Assembly (NCBI RefSeq): GCF_009914755.1
Contig: NC_060947.1
DNA: 64,000 bases
Source: the human T2T-CHM13v2.0 reference genome, Homo sapiens
Reading direction: 5' to 3' (one strand)
Position 1 is the first letter of the stretch; each line of letters begins with the position of its first letter. Positions 57,357 to 64,000 of the stretch are shown here, piece by piece. Made by a program: the position numbers and the translations under genes. The notes beneath the pieces were generated by a model. The model did no database searches. It worked only from the letters and a program-made list of their open reading frames with translations, and was not told where the DNA came from.

Positions 57357-59171
57357 GAAACTAAAGAGAACAAAGATATGATATACCAGAATCTCTGGGA
57401 CACAGCAATGGCAGTGGTAAAAGGGAAATTTATAGCACTAAATGCACACAGCAAAAAATTAGAAAAATCTCAAGTTAACAACCTAATATCCACAACCAAA
57501 AAACTAGAGAACAAAAAGAAAACCAACCCCAAAGCTAGCAGAAGACAAGAAATAACAAAAACCAGAGCTGAACTAAAGGAGATAGAGACACACAAAAACC
57601 TTTTAAAGCATCAATGAATCCAGGAGCTGGTTTTTTTTCTTTTTTTTTTTTGAAAAAACTTACAAAATAGGTAGAACACTAGCTAGAAGAATAAAGAAGA
57701 AATGAGAGAAGATTAAAATAAGCACAATCAGAAACAACAAGTGGTATATTACCATTGACCCAACAGAAATACAAATAAACATCAGAGAATATTATGAACA
57801 CCTCTATGCACATAGACTGGAAAATCTGAAAAAAAAGATAAATTCCTGGACACATACACACTCCCAAGGATGAACTAGAAAGAATTTGAATCTCTGAACA
57901 GACCAATAACAAGCTCTGACATTGAGTCAGTAATAAATAACCTACCAACCAAATAAACCCCAGAATCAGTTGGATTCACAGCTGAATTCTACCAGATGTA
58001 CAAAGAAGAGCTGGTACCATTCCTGTTGAAACTATACCAAAAAAATGAGGAAGAAGGCCTCCTCAGTAACTCATTCTATCAGCATCACCCTGATACCAAC
58101 ACAATAAAAATAAAAAAACTTCATGCAAATATCCTTGATGAATATCGAAGCAAAAATTCTCAACAACATACTGGCAAACAGAATTCAGCAGCACATAAAA
58201 AGGCTGACCCACCATGATCAAGTAGGCTTTATCCCTGGGATGCAAGGTTGTTCAACATACACAAATCAATAAATGTAATTTATCACATAAACAGAACTAA
58301 AGACAAAAAGCACATGATAATCTTAATAGATGCAGAAAAGGCTTTCAATAAAAATCAACACTGCTTCATGTTAAAATCTCTCAATATAGTAGGTTTTGAA
58401 GGAACATACTTCAATAATAAGAGCCATCTACCTATGACAAACTCACAGCCAACATCATACTGAATGGGCAAAAGCTGAAAACACTCCCCTTCAACATCAG
58501 CACAAAACAAAGATGCCCTCTCTCATCACTCCTATTCACCATAGTATTGGAAGTCCTGACCAGGGCAATGAAGCAAGAGAGAAAAAATAAACGTATTGAA
58601 ATAAGAAGAGAAGAAGTCAAACTATCCCTGTGTGCAGACAACATGATCCTGTATTCAGAAAACCCCCATAGCCTCAGCCCAAATGCTTCTTCAGCTGATA
58701 AGCAATTTCAGCAAAGGCTCAGAATAGAAAATCAATGTGCAAAATCACTTATATTTTTATACACCAACAACAGTTAATTTGAGAGCCAAATCAGAAAGGC
58801 AATTTCATTCACAATTGCCACAAAAAATAAAATACCTAGAAATACAGCTATCCAGGGAGCTGAAAGATCTCTACAAGGAGAACTACAAACCACTGCTCAA
58901 AGAAATCAGAGATAACACAAATAAATGAAAATAAAATTCCATGATCACGGAGAGGAAGAATCAATATTGTTAAAATGGCCATACTGCCCAAAGCAATTTA
59001 CAGACTCAATGCTATTCCTATTAAACTAACATTGACATTCCTCACAGAACTAGAAAAAACTATTTTAAAAATCATATGGACCTGAAAAAGAGCCCAAATA
59101 GCCAGGGTAATCCTAAGCAAAAGAAAAAAGCTGAAAACATCATGCTTCCCAACTTAAAACTATATGACATG

Positions 59172-59240
59172 ACTGCACTCTAGCCTGGGTGACATAGCGA
59201 GACTCTGTCTAAAAAAAAAGAAAAAAAGAAAAAAAGAAAA
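59172..59240 (+). mobile_element. Severely 5'-truncated Alu (39 bp plus A tail)
   Basis: ACTGCACTCTAGCCTGGGTGACATAGCGAGACTCTGTCT(A)n with a perfect 16-bp TSD AAAACTATATGACATG at 59156-59171 and 59240-59255. Confidence 0.92.
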
Positions 59241-60664
59241 AAACTATATGACATGGCTACAGTAATCAAAACAGCATGGTACTGATGCAAAAACAGACAC
59301 ATAGACAAATGGAAAAAATAGAATACCCAGAAATAAGGTCACACACCTACAAGTACTCGATCTTCAACAATCCTGACAAAAACAAGGAATAGGAAAAGAA
59401 GCCCCTATTCAATAAATGGTGCTGGGGTAACTGGCTAGCTATATGCAGAAGATTAAATTTGGAGCCCTTCCTTACACCATACACAAAAATTAACTCAAGA
59501 TGGATAAAAACTTAAATGTAAAACCCCAAACTATAAAAACCCTGGAAGGTAACCTAAGCAGTGCCATTCTGGACATTGGAACAAACAAGGATTTCATGAT
59601 GAAGACACCAAAAGCCATTGCAACAAAGGCAAAAATTCACAAATGAGATTTAATTAAACTAAAGAGCTTCTGTGCAGCAAAGGAAACTATCAACAGAGTA
59701 AACAGACAACTTACAGAATGGAAGAAAATTTTTGCAAACTATGCATCTGACAAAGGTCTAATATCCAGTATCTATCAGGAACTTAAATTTATAAAGAAAA
59801 GAGCCAAACAATTCCATTAAAATAGGCAAAAATCATGAAGAGACACTTTTCAAAAGAAGACATACATGTGGCCAATGATCATATGGAAAAAATCTCAACA
59901 TCACTGATTATTAGAGAAATGCAAATGAAAACTACAATGAGATACCGTCTTATACCAGTCAGAATGGCTATTATTAAAAAGTCAAAAAATTAAAGATGCT
60001 GCAGAGGTTGCAGAGAAAAGAATGCTTATACACTGTTGGTGGGAGTGTAAATTATTTCAACCACTGTGGAAAACAGTGTGGTGATTCCTCAAAGACCTAA
60101 AGACAAAAATACCACTTGATCCAGCAATCCTATTACTGGGTATATACCCAAAGTTATATAAATCATTCTATTATAAAGATACATGCATACATATGTTCTT
60201 TCCAGTACTATTCAAAATAGCAAAGACATGAAAGGAATGTAAACACCCATCAATGGTAGACTGGATAAAGAAAATATGGTACATATACACAATGGAATAC
60301 TATGCAGTCATAGAAAAGAATGAGGTTATGTTCTTTGCAGGAACATGGATAGAGCTGGAGGCCATTATCCTTAGCAAACGAATGCAGGGTCAGAAAACCA
60401 AATACCACATGTTTTCACTGATAAGTGGGGGCTAAATGATAAGAACACATGGACACATAGAGGGAAACAACACACACTGGGTCTATTGCAGGGTGGAGGG
60501 TGGGACAAGGGAGTGGGTCAGCAAAAATAACTAATCGGTACTAGGCTTAATAGCTGGGTGATGAAACAATCTATACAACAAACCACCATGACACAAGTTT
60601 ACCTACATAAGAAACCTGTGCATGTACACCTGAACTTAAAATATAAGTTAAAAAGTGAATTATT

Positions 60665-60833
60665 GGACAGGGCGTGGTGGCTCACGCTTGTAGTTCCATC
60701 ACTTTGGGAGGCCAAGGCAGGCAGATCACAAGGTCAGGAGTTCGAGACAAGCCTGACCAACATGGTGAAACCCCATCTCTACTAAAAATACAAAAATTAG
60801 CCAGGCATGGTGGTGCATGCCTGTAATCCCAGC
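60665..60833 (+). mobile_element. AluS, 3'-truncated (left monomer and start of right)
   Basis: Ends abruptly after CCTGTAATCCCAGCT with no tail. Confidence 0.9.
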
Positions 60834-60834
60834 T

Positions 60835-61032
60835 TCTCAAGAGGCAAGCCTCATGGTAATTACAAAGAAAAACCTACAATAGACACAAAAAAGAAAAAAA
60901 GAAAAGAGTCAAAGTGTATCACTACAAAAATAATAAAATCACAAATACAGATAGCAAGAGAGGAAGACAGAAACAGAAGAACTACAAAACGGACAGAAAA
61001 TAATTAGTAAAATGGCAATAAGAAGTTCTTAC
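60835..61032 (+). mobile_element. Old L1M inter-ORF fragment
   Basis: AAGCCTCATGGTAATTACAAAG...AAAATGGCAATA..AAGTTCTTAC, homologous to 5640-5810. Confidence 0.7.

Positions 61033-64000
<2,968 letters not shown>

Overview
Primate, almost certainly human, non-genic DNA made almost entirely of nested retroelements. I find no intact protein-coding gene, RNA gene or CRISPR array, and no evidence of a new biological system. Contents: several LINE-1s of different ages (L1M/L1MA, L1PB, L1PA13-17, L1PA4-like, and one young 5'-truncated L1HS-like copy with the ACG/A diagnostic), a complete THE1 MaLR, a HERV-I/HERVIP10-type provirus (decayed gag-pro-pol-env, 3' LTR only) nested in a MER61/MER57 stack, a MER4 solo LTR, MER1B, four Alus and a full-length processed pseudogene of YWHAZ (14-3-3 zeta). 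The most interesting signals are structural: (1) two inverted L1PA4-like copies about 12 kb apart share about 10 apparently non-consensus substitutions; (2) one 16-bp TSD brackets a short L1 3' end, a near full-length L1 and a short 3' tag; (3) a 185-bp near-identical inverted templated copy lies inside an old twin-primed L1PB; (4) the young L1 may be polymorphic. Subfamily names come from recalled consensus sequences and need RepeatMasker/Dfam confirmation.
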